A DNA stretch of 64,000 bases from Lama guanicoe (GCA_013239625.1 MU054187.1:24554433-24618432), one strand, 5' to 3'; positions 30,101 through 43,233 are shown, counted from the stretch's first letter. Made by a program: numbers and translations. The notes: a model not told the origin generated them from the sequence alone.

Positions 30101-30257
30101 GGGGGTGGGGTATAGCTCAAGTGGTATAGAGCGCATGCTTAGCATGCACAAGGTCCTGGGTTCAGTCCCCAGTACCTCCTCCAAAAATAAATAAACCTAA
30201 TTTGCTTTCCCCTCTGCCAAAATAAAACAATTAAATAATACCATTTTAAAAAAAAAA
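30101..30257 (+). mobile_element. tRNA-Ala-derived SINE (Vic-1-like)
   Basis: ggggtatagctcaagtggtatagagcgcatgcttagcatgcacaaggtcctgggttcagtcccc followed by an A-rich tail; three copies in the window. Confidence 0.85.
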
Positions 30258-30879
30258 GCAAACATTTATCTGCATTCTTGTGTTTAATGGTTTTTAACAC
30301 TTAGACATCCCTCCTCTCCCAAGGCGGTTAGTCTGTGGCGGGGAGTCTTTAACATCAGACCTGAATGACTGACTTTTTTATATGATCAGTCAAAACTTCT
30401 TCCCTGCTGCTTCTGCCCTTCGGTCCTAGTTCTATTCTGTGTGATAAACTGAATTCAAAGTTCAGTTTTATTTCCCCCTGACAGCCCTTCTGACCCTCAC
30501 ACATACTAGTGTATTGTCCATCTTTCTTCTAAACATCCTTAGTTCATTCACACAATTTTCTTATTACATGAGTTTTAATCCCAGGTGCTATGTACATGCA
30601 TCTGTGTTCAAATCTGTCTTAAATTTGTATTTTCAGGACAAAACAAAATACCCTTTATGTGGTCTGGTGAAAATAGAATTGAATGGAGGTATCATTTCCC
30701 TGGTCCTACGTACTTCGCTTCATAGTTCCTTAGTAGTTCGTCTTTTGGGGAGCAGTCCTGTACCAACAGTCAGGCAGCACTCAGTGTCAGCAAAAAGCAG
30801 CTAAGAGGTTTTTTTTTCTTTTTCTAACGTGTTGTTAACTTCAGTCATACCTCCTTACCATGCACCTTGCAGAATACTT

Positions 30880-31255
30880 TCTGGACATCATCAGTTTATC
30901 TTGTTGGATTTGGGTGATAACTTCAGCTCTTAAGACTTCTTTGAATGTTATTTCTGTAGTCCAAGGATCTCAACTTTGTCTTCCAGCTTTGTGTCATCTT
31001 CAGATTTAATTCGCTGGCTTTTTGTATTTTCAAGTCATTATTAAATACTAACTACTACAGAGCTCTAATCAGAGCTCTACAAAATGATGCTAAAAACCTC
31101 CCTTCAGGCCAGTATCAGTCCTTTTATTAATTAGCACTTTGGGAGAATAAGCATTCATTTTGTTTGGAATACTCCTAAAAGAGTTGTCATACAGCACCTA
31201 TTTCTCCATTTGTCCTTAAGAATATTGCAAAAGTCCTTACTTGACTGCTTTGCCA
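30880..31255 (-). mobile_element. Ancient CR1/L3 LINE fragment
   Basis: ttccagctttgtgtcatcttcagatttaat...caagtcattattaaa pattern; similar stretches at ~32.0-32.4 kb and 52.5-53.1 kb. Confidence 0.5.
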
Positions 31256-31400
31256 GGTGTCCTCGTGGCTTACTCCCTCACCTTTGTCAGCTCAGTATCC
31301 AAATGGCTTTTCCTGACAAGTCACCCTGTTCCTCTGCGTCCTCATTCCTTGATAAATGCTTCTCCATAGTATTTTTCATCATCTAGCATAACATTTTATT

Positions 31401-31530
31401 TTACTTCATTTTTTGGTGGGGGGAGGTAATTTTATTTTATTTATCTATTTAATAGAGGTACTGGGAATTGAACCCAGGACCTCATGCCTGCTAGGCACGC
31501 ACTCTACCACTGAGCTGTACCCTCCCCCCT
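31401..31530 (-). mobile_element. tRNA-Ala-derived SINE (Vic-1-like)
   Basis: Reverse complement of the SINE head. TSD CATAACATTTT(T)ATT at 31387-31400 and 31534-31548. Confidence 0.85.
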
Positions 31531-33084
31531 CGACATAACATTTTTATTAATGTGTTTATTGACCATCTCCCCCAATTAGAATGTATAAGCTTCATGAAGA
31601 CTGAAATTTAGTCTATTTTAAACTACCATCTGTTCAGCACATGCCATATAGAAGCATTTAGTAAGTATTTGTTGAATGAACAAATGAATGAATTCCACAC
31701 CTTCTGTATATACTAGGTAGGTCTGACCATTTAACACTCAAGTGTATTATTATTAAAGTACCTCAAAACACTTTATAATACACAAACTGTTTCAACGTTT
31801 ACTCTCTGACAGCAGTCCTGCTCTCAAAAAAGGAAATGAAACTCATCATTCCTTTTTTCAGTAAATACTTTGTGGAGCAACAGTGATGTGCTGGACATGC
31901 GGAGCACTTGAGAAATGTCGCATGAGCTCTGAAATTGACCCCTCGTCCGATACAATTTGTTTTCCTTCAGTCTTTCTGGCTCTTTCTTTAGTTACTCATA
32001 AAGTATCCCTTTCATTAAATAAACTTTCTAAATTTTCTCAACCTGGAATTAATGGATAGCCTCTCCCAGTGTGTAGATTTACGGAAGTCAACGTTTTTCC
32101 CCTTTTTAAAAACCAGAATGACGTTTGCTTTCCTCATATCCTTTAGTACCCGCTGCATCACTGTGGAGGCATTTGCATATGTTCTAAATGACCTGAGATT
32201 TGTACTTTGAAACTTTTCAATCTCCTTTGACTTCCTTTTCTTCATCTCAGTTCAGAAACTATTCGTGGTGGAGAGCGCAGAAGCAAAGTAATGGGTGACG
32301 GTCCCTACTTTCTCATTTTCATTCATCAGTTGGGTACCCTTGGTCTTTTCTTTGAAATGAATAGAATTTAAAATAGTTTGGCTTTGTGTTTTTCTTTTTA
32401 TTAATTTTATCACATACACAACTGTGACCTTTCTGATACCCTTCTTATAAATTAGTGACACTTATACATGTGTCCTATGTGTCTCTCCTTTTTATTTTAT
32501 AAATGTCCCTTAAAAGTCAAAATGTATCAGTGACTCATGAAGAAGTACCAGTTTTCTGGTCTACCTGTCTTCTTGGAAGGGCCTTTAAATGAAATGCAAA
32601 AAAACTTTTAAAAATACTTAATGAAATTAAATGGGAATTCACACCTTGCTGTAGTTTTTTGAAGTAAGCTTTTTTACTGGAATGCTAACCAGAAACACAG
32701 TATCTAAAAGCAAAACATTTACCACCAATTAAGATCAACTGAGATTTATTGAGATCAACTGAGATTTTCCTACTTTAAAAAGAATACATTCAGTTTGGTC
32801 ATCTGCTGGTCCATTAGTGTATCTTAGATAGAAATGAGCCAGTGGTAGTCTTCTTTGAAATGAAAATATTTATATGTACAGTATTTACTTTCTCTACTAT
32901 TTGTCAGTCCTGTGTGGAAACCAGAATACTTAGAGGTTATTCCTTATGGCTCCTTATTGATGATAAGTTTATAGTTTTACATAAATGGATAGTATTATGT
33001 GCGTTAAAATAGCTATTCTGGTAGGGTGATAAGATTATGGATGATTTTTATGAGTAGTGTGTTTTAATGTCTTCTAATTTTTCA

Positions 33085-33240
33085 TCTTTTTTTAATTGAA
33101 GCACAGTTGGTTTACAATACCGTGTTAGTTTCGGGTATACAGCAGTGATTCAGCTATATTTTTTCAGATTATTTTCCATTATAGGTTATTACCAGATATT
33201 GAATATAATTCCCTGTGCTATGCAGTAAATCCTTATTGCT
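33085..33240 (-). mobile_element. Short L1 3' end fragment
   Basis: tttttttaattgaagcacagttggtttacaata...ttccctgtgctatgcagtaaatcct. Confidence 0.75.
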
Positions 33241-33999
33241 TTTGTCATTTTCTTTATTAAAAAGAAAGCCTTTAGCTTTGAAATGCATATTAAGATTTGT
33301 GCAGAATGGAAAGGCTGCTATTCTGTCTTCATTGCTGAATGATACATTTATCAAGCCCCTCAAGAAATCACAGAACTCGTATTCCTCTCATCACCATCTT
33401 CAGTTTTTTCTTCTATTGAACATCCAGATTTAATGAATCATGTCTCTTGTATATCATGTTTATAATAGAGAAAGGGGAGAAATGTGGTTCCATGTGAAAG
33501 CCAAACTAAATTAGCTAATAGGGGGAATTCTGATGAAGTTTTCTAGGTGAGGCTTGAAAACACATGGATGAAGCCCTCAGGTGAAGTCAAAGGAGCGCAT
33601 AAGGAAGCCAGCTCAGAATACTTTTTCTCCAATACCATATTCAAACCAGTAGCTTGAATTGCCCAATAGTTTGGAATTTATGATTCAGGTACAAGATGAG
33701 ACCAGATCTAAGTTTCTTTTTTTAGCATTTTTCAATAAATAAACTTTTCTTCTCAAAGTGATGCTTATTATTCTAGCAGATGTGCAGCTGGAGTACTGTT
33801 TTGCTTTTAGAGGATGGGTGGAAGGAATAGAGTTTGGACTGGCAAGTAGGAGTGTGGGATATAAGGTCCTCAGAGTCTTAATACCACGTAAAAGTGACTA
33901 AAGGCCCTGAAACTGCACACTGTGCTCGCTGGCTTTACATGCATGAGAGCAACCTTTAGAGGTTTATTCCTACGTACAAAACATTAATAATACCGACAT

Positions 34000-34250
34000 A
34001 AATAGGTCACTTATTATGTGCCAGGTTCTATTCTAAGTGCTTTGCTTAGAAAATCTAGTTTAATTTTCTCAGTACAGCACTGTGATATAGACACTGTTAC
34101 TATCCCCAGTTTACAGATGGGTAATGTGAGGCCCAGAGAAATTAGAAAACTTGCTCAAGGTCACACAGCTAATTAACTGGTAGAATTAGAGCATCACTCT
34201 AAATAACCAGGCCTCCAGAACCCCTCTTCCAGAGTCCATGCTGTATTGCC
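34000..34250 (-). mobile_element. MIR SINE
   Basis: tatccccagtttacagatgggtaatgtgaggcccagaga...cttgctcaaggtcacacagcta (MIR core). Confidence 0.7.
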
Positions 34251-35413
34251 CTTAGAAATCAGTTCAGCTTAGCTCTCCATGTACAGGCACCATGTTCCCT
34301 CGTGGTCTTTTCTAATTTTTTTCTGAGACTTACCCTTTCATTTTGCTAATGTAGGAAAGATTCTTTCAGGCTACTCCCTCCCTTTTTGGAGTGGGACCAC
34401 AATTTTTTTTTATCTCAGACTTATCTAAAGAGTAAACAAATTATTTTTTCTGTTAAAATTATTAAATATTTAAGAGTTAAATGATTGAAACACAAACGGT
34501 GTGTTGGATGGAGCTGATTCTACTCTGTTGATTCCTAAGTTATGCAGTGTAAAGGTCTATGTAATTTAAAATAAATGTCTTCAAAGTTTTCCTATACTCC
34601 TTTGTCCACTAAATATTGTTTCTGTCCTTACATTTTTGTCTTTCTTTTAAAAAAAAAAGGGGGGGGGATGTTTTAGGCATTTAGAATGCTGTAAGATAAT
34701 GTATAATATCTGCATAAAATTTGTAAGTGAAATAAAACTACAAAGGACATATCAAAAATCCCGAATGTTTGTCACTGGTAGTTCTCTAAGCACTCCCCGT
34801 GTGGACGTATGCTTCATACGCTATCTAGACTATTGTCAACAGGGATTCTTTTGGTGGTGGGTGTCAGTTACATGATAATGATTTATGAGATTTTACTTAT
34901 TTCAGAATTAAGGATACTGTTTGTAGCACTGTAAATAAGAACGTATAAACTTGACTTGTAAAACAACACACCACGAGTCATATTAGATACGAGTCGTTTA
35001 GCAGTTCTGTGAGGTAGAGGTCAATTTTGAAAGCACACACTAAAAAGCTACTTGTCATAAAAAGTATTCAGTGTGTATGCTCATTCAGAATAAAGGACAA
35101 AAGATATTCGTTTGATTTCTCAAAACTTAGTCTCCCTCTTAAAATTTATGGTATTTTGCTGAACTTCAAGTCAGTGTGTATTGCTTCTAGTTACTGGGTT
35201 CAGCACTGTGGGATCCAATTTGTTAAGAAACTGATGGAATGTACAGAAATAAAATATTAATATATAACATTTGCTCTGGTCTCATCTAAATACAATGGAT
35301 ATAAAAAAGACAATTCTTGGATTTTTTTTAAGGAGAAAAATTTTAAATGACAACCAATTCTTGGATTTTTTTAAGGAGAAAATTATTAAATGACTTTCTT
35401 TTTTCCCTTGCAG

Positions 35414-35571
35414 ATTGCAGATTTTGGTTTATCGAAATGGCGCTTGATGTCCCTTTCCCAATCACAAAGTGGTAAATCCGCCCCAGAAGGAGGGACAATT
35501 ATTTACATGCCACCTGAAAATTATGAACCTGGACAAAAATCAAGGGCTAGTGTCAAGCATGATATATACAG
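35414..35571 (+). CDS. RIPK2: RIPK2 coding exon 4 (158 nt, DFG and activation loop)
   Basis: [52 protein letters not shown](S). Confidence 0.98.
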
Positions 35572-36290
35572 GTACAGTATGTTACTTTTGCTCAGCGTTA
35601 ATCTTGTCTTAAAAAAAGAAAAGATTAATCAATCAGAATTTTGAAAATGCACTTTAGAGTATGATTTTTATGCTTCTCATAAGTGTGGTGAAAATGAATT
35701 AGAGACAATGGTTAATATTTTTAAATATTAAATCTTTAAATTTAAAGATGTCTTGCTTTAAAGCAACTTTTACATCCTTAAGAAGTATAAAAGCGTATCT
35801 TATTGTCCTATCAGTTTATAATACTCAAGGGTTTTTATCATATTTGACCTTGATGGGGGGAGGGAAACAACGTGACGATGACACGTAACACTGCTAAAGG
35901 AGACTGTACTTGCACCAGGAAGAACAGAACAGGGTTACAGGAGACGGTCTTTTTTATTAGTCTTTATTTTATGTGAATAATAAAATCATGTGTTAAAGAG
36001 CACAGCTTATCTAGGTGTTGAAGAATCCACAATAAGTCATCCTAGCCTAGAACTTCAAGTTTTTATTACAGTAATTTCCTAATTTTTCAAATTGTATTAA
36101 TTCCCTTTCAAAACAAAGCTATATATGAACAGTCATCATTTTGGATCTACATGGTGGTTCTTTAAGCAGCATTTCATTGCCTTGTTACTTTCAAAATCTC
36201 CAGAGATTTTTAAAAAATCAATACTATTGTAGTTTTATTATGCATACTTAATTTATAATGTAAAAATACGTGTATTTTTATCTTAAACAG

Positions 36291-36340
36291 CTATGCAGTT
36301 ATCACATGGGAAGTCTTATCCAGAAAACACCCTTTTGAAG
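36291..36340 (+). CDS. RIPK2: RIPK2 coding exon 5 (50 nt)
   Basis: (S)YAVITWEVLSRKHPFE; CAG/GT boundaries. Confidence 0.97.
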
Positions 36341-37127
36341 GTAAATATACTTTGACTTCCCTGTTCTAGGTGATATAATCTTAGCAAGTCATGCTCAGAT
36401 CTAAATAAAGATCACTTGTCTTAAATCTGCCTACCATCCATTTTGTGGAAAACACACTAGAAAAGTGTATCAGTGTGAATTCTGTATCAGTGTGAATCTA
36501 CCATATATTGGAAAGTACTGGATTAAGAATCAGAAAACTGTAGATTCTTCTTGTTGTGATAATAATTAGCTCTGTTGTGCCACTAAATTTCTTAAGTCCT
36601 CATTTTTTCATCTGCAAAATAAGAATTTTGAATTTTTATTTCTAAGATTCAGTCCACCTATAAAATTCTTTATACGAACATGTAATTAGTACTTCTATAA
36701 GACCAGCTGAAGAATAATTTTTAATTTTTCTGATAATATTGGCTATTTTGAGGTTTGTTTAGGTCACCTTGCTGTGTGACAACCTCAAAATCTCAGTCAC
36801 TTACAAACTAAACATTTCTTTCTCATTCACATTAGATATTAGTTGCTGTGGCCCTTCTTGGCTTTGCTACCCTCTTTATACTCCGTTGGCCAAATCAAGT
36901 CACATGGCCAAGCCCCAACTCAAAGAGGTGACATAAAAATTCCTCCCACAAAAGGCAGCAAGTCTGGCAGTGGGTGAGATATATTTATTCCTTTGACAGA
37001 AAGGGAAGTAATGAATTATTCCTAAGATCTTAAGATTCTCTCATTTTCATTCAGTTGGCTTTAGAATGTATTTAATATATTAGATCATAATATACTGCTA
37101 ATGAATGAAATATATTTGTTTTGACAG

Positions 37128-37289
37128 AAGTCACCAATCCTTTACAGATTATGTATAGCGTGTCACAAGGACATCGACCTGACACGAAGGAAGAAACTTT
37201 GCCGTGTGATATACCTCATCGAGCACTGATGGTCTCTCTAATAGAAAGTGGATGGGCACAAAATCCAGATGAAAGACCGTCTTTCTTAA
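37128..37289 (+). CDS. RIPK2: RIPK2 coding exon 6 (162 nt)
   Basis: (E)[53 protein letters not shown]. Confidence 0.97.
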
Positions 37290-37863
37290 GTTAGTGTACA
37301 GTTTTAATGTGGACGTTTTGAATTTTAAAAATAGTGAATATGCTGTGAATATTATATTTCTTGAAATATTACACAAGTTGGATGACAAGTTCAAAGGTTT
37401 TTTTAATTCAGTGTTGTTTTTATTTTATGAGATGAGATTAGAGCAGTAGGCGAGGCTGTTGGCTGTCATAAAAAGGTTAGAAATTTATTCCAGGTACAAT
37501 GGAAAGTCATTAAAGTGAGTTTTTCAGGGAAATGGCATGTAAGTTCAGGATGCACCACTCTTGTTGCTACGTGGATATTGACTGGAGAAAAACGTAGACT
37601 CAGAGACCAGCTAGGAGACTCTTGTAGGAGTTTTCTGATTAAGGTGGTAATCCTAGAGATAGAAAAAGCAGGTAGAATTAAGATTTATTTCAGAGGTAGA
37701 ATGGATCGTCAGCTAAGTATAAATGTAGGAGAAAATCTTCATGACTTTGGGTTAAGCAAAGAGCTTTTATATATGAGATCGAAAACAAGATCCATTTCTT
37801 AAAAATTTGATAATTAGGCTTCTGAAAAAATTGGAAAATATTTGCACTTCAAAAGATGCTTTT

Positions 37864-38297
37864 TTTAAAAATTGAAATAGTCAGTTACAATGTGTCGATT
37901 CCTGGTGTACAGCACAATGTCCCAGTCATGCATGTACATGCATGTATTCATTTCCATATTCTTTTTCAAGATATTACAAGATAGTGATTATAGCTCTCTG
38001 TGCTGCAGAAGAAACTTGTTTTCTTTTTTAATCTATTTTTATATATAGTATTTACAAATCTCAAACTCCCGAATTTATCCCTTCCCAACCCCTTTCCCCA
38101 GTAACCATAAGATTCTTTACTATGTGAGTCTATTTCTGTTTTGTAGATGAGTTCATAATGTCCTTTTTTTCTTTCTTTTTAGATTCCACACATAAATGGT
38201 ATCATATGGCTACTTTTCTTTCTCTTTCTGGCTCACTTCACTTAGAATGACGATCTCTAGGTCCATCCATGTTGCTGCAAATGGCGTTATTTTATTC
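37864..38297 (-). mobile_element. Young L1 3' end nested in an older sense L1 fragment (~37715-38345)
   Basis: TSD CAAAAGATGCTTTT at 37850-37863 and 38298-38311. Confidence 0.88.
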
Positions 38298-40779
38298 CAA
38301 AAGATGCTTTTAAAAATGAAAAGACAAGCTATAGACTGGGAATCTTTCCAACTGAAAAAGCAATGAAATATACTTTGCATTCAAAAGTTATGTCCAGTGC
38401 TCATCGGCATTGTATTTTAAAAAATCGGAAGTTGCTATAATAATGGAGTAACATTTTATCTATTTCTCAGAGCCATGTAAGAGGATTTGTCCCCAGTGTC
38501 ACTTCCAAATTGTAATTTCTTCTCCATTCTCTGAAAATTCCAGCTCTTGTGGAGATCATGCCATTAGACAATACTTACTTCTCTACAGACTTCCTGGTTT
38601 TCCCCTATTCATTGAAGACGCTGGATTTTGGCTTACTGACTTCTCCACCCTGCATTGCTCAGTACTGCTGAATATTTCAGAGGAACCCTGTGCAGTCTCT
38701 CTCTGCAGACTTCTTTTCTTTGCTACTCTGTCATATGCACTCTGTCTTGGTCTGTCCAAACTCTCAGCCCTGTCTCCTCAACTCTGAGCATCCACTGGGC
38801 CCCATCTTATTTCCCTCTCCCTGTGGTATAGCTGGAAACTCTCAAGGCAGTAAGCATGGGCAATCGGCTATCATGAGGCTCACCTCAGTTGTTTCCTGTC
38901 ACTCAGAGATCACTGTCCTTGGTTGCTTGATATCTAGTGTCTTCAGCAAACACTGTTTCACGTATCTTGTCTTGCTAATATAACAGTTGCTTCCGGCAGG
39001 AGGGTAAAATGTTCCTGGTTGCTTCATCTTGGCCAGAAGTGGAATTCATTGATTTCTCTTTACATTAATGGCTAAAACCAGGTGCTAAACAATTCTTGGC
39101 AATCCTGTTACACTTCTCAAATACATCTATTCCATTCTCATAGATCAGCTGTTCTTAAGACGCAATGCAGGGCCCCCTGGGTGGGGGGATAGAGGGCGGG
39201 GTTAGTCCCTGAGACTTTTATAAGGGGTTCACAAAATCAAAGCTGTTTTCAAAATAATAAATACTAAGATACTATCTTCTCTTTTTACTCTCATCCTCTG
39301 GAAAAACAGACTAAATGAGGTGTGTTGGCAATATCATTGCTCCAACAGGCTGTGTTCTCTTACACAATGACATTTTTAAATTTTCTCAGCTTTAATTTCT
39401 AATCTAGTAAATATCACTAGATATGATTGACATATACAAAAGGGTACTTAATAATTTTGAAGAATTCTGAGACCTTAAAGTCCTGCAAGTTTGAGAACTG
39501 CTATCTTCGACAATCAGCTTATGCTGCTGTCGGTGATACAGCCCCATTCTTCACGTTTCCAAAGTGAAGGTGAAATTCCTTTTCAATCCCCAAGAAGAAA
39601 AGTGTGGGAAGAACATTTCCAGCTTCCCTCTGCCCCTCAGCACTCCTCCTTATGTGTTAATTTTGGAGCAAAACTGAGCATTCTTATCTAGTCCTTCCTC
39701 AGTTTTGTCCTACTTTATAAGTCTACTTATAAAGGGGTGCGCACATTTTCTGCTCCTTCATATGGAAGCAGGTGAGGCCGGTGGCTGAGTGAGTGACGCT
39801 GTTCGCTGCAAGAGTAAAGCGTTACCAAGCCCCTGGCTGAAGATCTAAACCAGGGACGTATTCCAATTAGCTTTATCAGTAATAAAGGTGATGCTTTGAT
39901 CACTGGCTGTCATTCTGTGACTTTTCTTAATAAATTCTGAACTTTGGAAGAGAAGACAGGGGTAACACATTCTGTCTTTTGTGCTCCCTTCTTAAACCTC
40001 CTGCACCCCATGCGCCATATTTCCTTTGAGCTTTGAGAAAATAGAAGCCACAAAAGAGAACTCCCTCATAGTTATGCTGGTTACAAACTTATTAGTTATA
40101 ATTGATCCATCTTTTTCTTGCCTTATCTCTTTACAGTGGAAAAAGGTGTTTGTATACTTAACACAAATGTGAACAGTGTTACATGTGCTCTGGACACCTC
40201 TCCCTTCCATCATTCTGTTCTTTATGTCTGCTCTTGTATTGCCTGTCTACTGGGTCATTCAGCCGGCATTCAGATGTATTCTATTATTATCTCCTATCTT
40301 CATGTAGGAAAAAAACTCTTGACCCCACATTGTCCGTCAGCTGCCACCTCATTTTCCTACTTCTGTGTAGATCTGAACACCTTGTAGGAATTGTCCATAC
40401 TTGTTGTCTCTACTTCTTCCCCTCTAATGCATTTTTTGACAAACTTACATCAGTCTTCTGTTTTCCTATCTCCCCTAAAGCTGCATTTGTTCGAGTTACC
40501 GAGGATGGGAATGTTGGAAAATCCTGCTAATCTCCGTCTCTCTGCAGAGTACATACATGTGGCTGACTCTTCCCTCCTTGGAACTTTCCCTCTGATGGCT
40601 TCCAAGACTTGAGAGACTACACTCCCTATTACTCTGTCTTCCTCAATCTCTTTTTCTCTTGCTATACTTAATTTCTAATTGTTGGGATGCCTCACAGCTC
40701 TGATAAGGGTCTTTCACTGTTTGTTATCTCAACCCCCCCCCCCCGCCTTAGATGATCCAGTCCAGATCATGGCTACATA

Positions 40780-41320
40780 TACCCATTTGTGTATCTCCTT
40801 TGGTGGAATTCAGTTTTTTGTCTATTTTTAAATTGGGTAATTTTTTATTAAGTTTTCAGAGTTCTTTTTATATTCTGGATATAAGTGCTCTAGCAGATTC
40901 ATGACACATGAAAGTATTCTCCTAGTCTGGGGCTTGTCTTTTCATTTTCCTTAATAACATCTTTTGAAGTGCAAAAGTTTTCCATTTTTTTTCAAGCCCA
41001 ATTACAAAAAAAATTTTTATGGATCCTGTTTCTGAAGTCATATCTAAGAATCATGCCTAACCCAAGGCCATGACGATTTTCTCCTATATTTACATTTAGA
41101 TGTACAGTCTATTTCAAGTTAACTGTGTGTACAGTGTGAGGTAAGAGTAAATTTATCTGTTTTCGTGTGGATATCCAACTGTCCTAGTACCATGTGTTGA
41201 AAAGAGTGTCCTTTACCCCATTGCATTGCCTTAACAGCTTTGTCAAAAAACAACTGACTAATTTATTTTTAGACTTTCAATTCTAGTCCATTGGTTTATA
41301 TTTCTATCTGTATACCTGTA
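40780..41320 (-). mobile_element. Old L1M ORF2 fragment
   Basis: gttctttttatattctggatataagt...ggatatccaactgtcctagtaccatgtgttgaaaagagtgtcctt. Confidence 0.75.
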
Positions 41321-41459
41321 ATAAAGGTCTGAAGACAATGGAATGTCATCAGTTTGGGGCAAAATTGACCTAGGGCCTTATCAGTTAAATATTAGCATTT
41401 ATGTTTTTCATTTTAACGGCTAGGAGCAATCTGAACTTAACTTTTTTTTTCTTATTTAG

Positions 41460-41545
41460 AATGTTTAATAGAACTTGAACCAGTTATGAGAACATTTGAA
41501 GAGATAACTTTTCTTGAAGCTGTTATTCAGCTAAAGAAAACAAAG
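41460..41545 (+). CDS. RIPK2: RIPK2 coding exon 7 (86 nt)
   Basis: (K)[28 protein letters not shown]. Confidence 0.97.
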
Positions 41546-43233
41546 GTAAATTGCTAAACGGAATGCTGAAAGTTAGAATGGTAAATCATGGAGATTTTTG
41601 GTTTAGTTTATAGTTTTTATCCATATGCCTTCCACAGTTACAGGCTACAGAACTGGGGCAGTCACGTTCACCAGAGATTGTGAATACTGTCTTTAATCTG
41701 TCTCCAAAGAGTTTTTCCATTTCATTCAAATGGCCACCGCTAGATTTCAGAGACATTTCCAGACCTCCCATATGTCAAATGTGGATTTAAAATACGTAAC
41801 AAATGCCAGTTGTGTACAATGAACGCCCTAAGTCACTAGTTTTGGGTTTTTTTCTTTTTAAATCTTTATTTCCCTAAAGCCTTGATATACACAGAGTAAA
41901 AGCCATCTGGATTATTGGATTTCTCTTTATTCAGTTATCTTGGGTTTTTCTGAGGTTTATTGCCATGTTAGGCTGTAGAACTTTTATTAATAATAGAGGC
42001 CCAGTGTGTACTTTGGTTATAAAATGCAAGAGGAAACAGTTCAGTTCCTTTTTTGTCCCCAACCAACTTAAATACTAGGGTCTCTGTTTAAAACTTAATT
42101 TGGGGGAGAAACGTTTGCTTTTTAAATTAAGTATTTTAAGATGGATGTTCTCAAGTACTTGAATACCACTTACCAGTAGCATTACTTTCATCGGTCAGTG
42201 TTTTTAAGTTGCTGTATTATTTTCAGTCAGAGTTGTTGTAGTTTTTGTTGTTTTTTTTTTTTCTTTTTTGAATCCTTGTGTCAATTCTGTAAAACTGTTA
42301 GGGAGAGAATACCGCCCATCTCCGTTTTATAGACAAGATGCTGAAGTATAGGGAAGTACGTTACACAACACCCTACACAGCCAACTTCTAAAGTTCTGTA
42401 GAGAAGTTGACGTTATGTTGGTTTGGGGAAGAAAAGCAGACTGATGGGTTTGTTTCAAATCACTCAATAGTGATGGCAGCTAATTCAAGCCTGGTTTATA
42501 GAGACCGGAGTAAATCATTAAACAATTTTAATTCAAAGGTATAATATTTAAATAAATCAGCTGCTTAATAGCTACAATTTATCTAATGCTTACAAAGTAA
42601 TCTTAGGGCCTTTTTGTATGTATTACTTCTAATCCTCTTTACAGTAATCTTGTAAAATTGGCATTCTTATCTCCAGTTTACAGATAAATAAACTAAGATT
42701 AGGTCTCATGTCCAAAAACAAACAGTTAGATATCCTGGGATTCTAAACCAGATCTTACTGGCACCCATCATTCCATTGAGGCACTCTGCTTCCGCAGTTT
42801 CTTATCTAGAAAAAGAAAAATAATAATAGTACATACAATCACAGCACCTAAAGTAAAGTAAATGCTTAGTAATATGGGTGGCTACACAGATGGAAATTTA
42901 TTAAGTACCTTGTTTGAACCAGGTACTGTATACTCACTATCTCACTCAATCTCTAGACCGATCCTGCACGTAGATATTATTTCATTTTAAGAGATGAATT
43001 TGCTCAAGGTAACCAATTAATATGAGGCAGGGTTCAAAACCTGTGTCACTAAAGTTACTTCCCCTAGTCTACACTGTCTCTACCTTAGTTATATATTATA
43101 TTCTGAACTGATTTACATTTTCCTTCCATTGATTTTGTATAAACATATAAAATATGTTAAGCAGATTGTATTTCACTCATATATTTTCTCATCACCTCTA
43201 ATTCAAGTACATACATGTGTGCATTCATTCCAG

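Noticed and set aside
30101..30180. tRNA-Ala(AGC)-like sequences here and at 31455-31530 and 58582-58660
   Set aside because: Each is followed by the same non-tRNA body and A-rich tail, two with visible TSDs. They are SINE heads, not tRNA genes.
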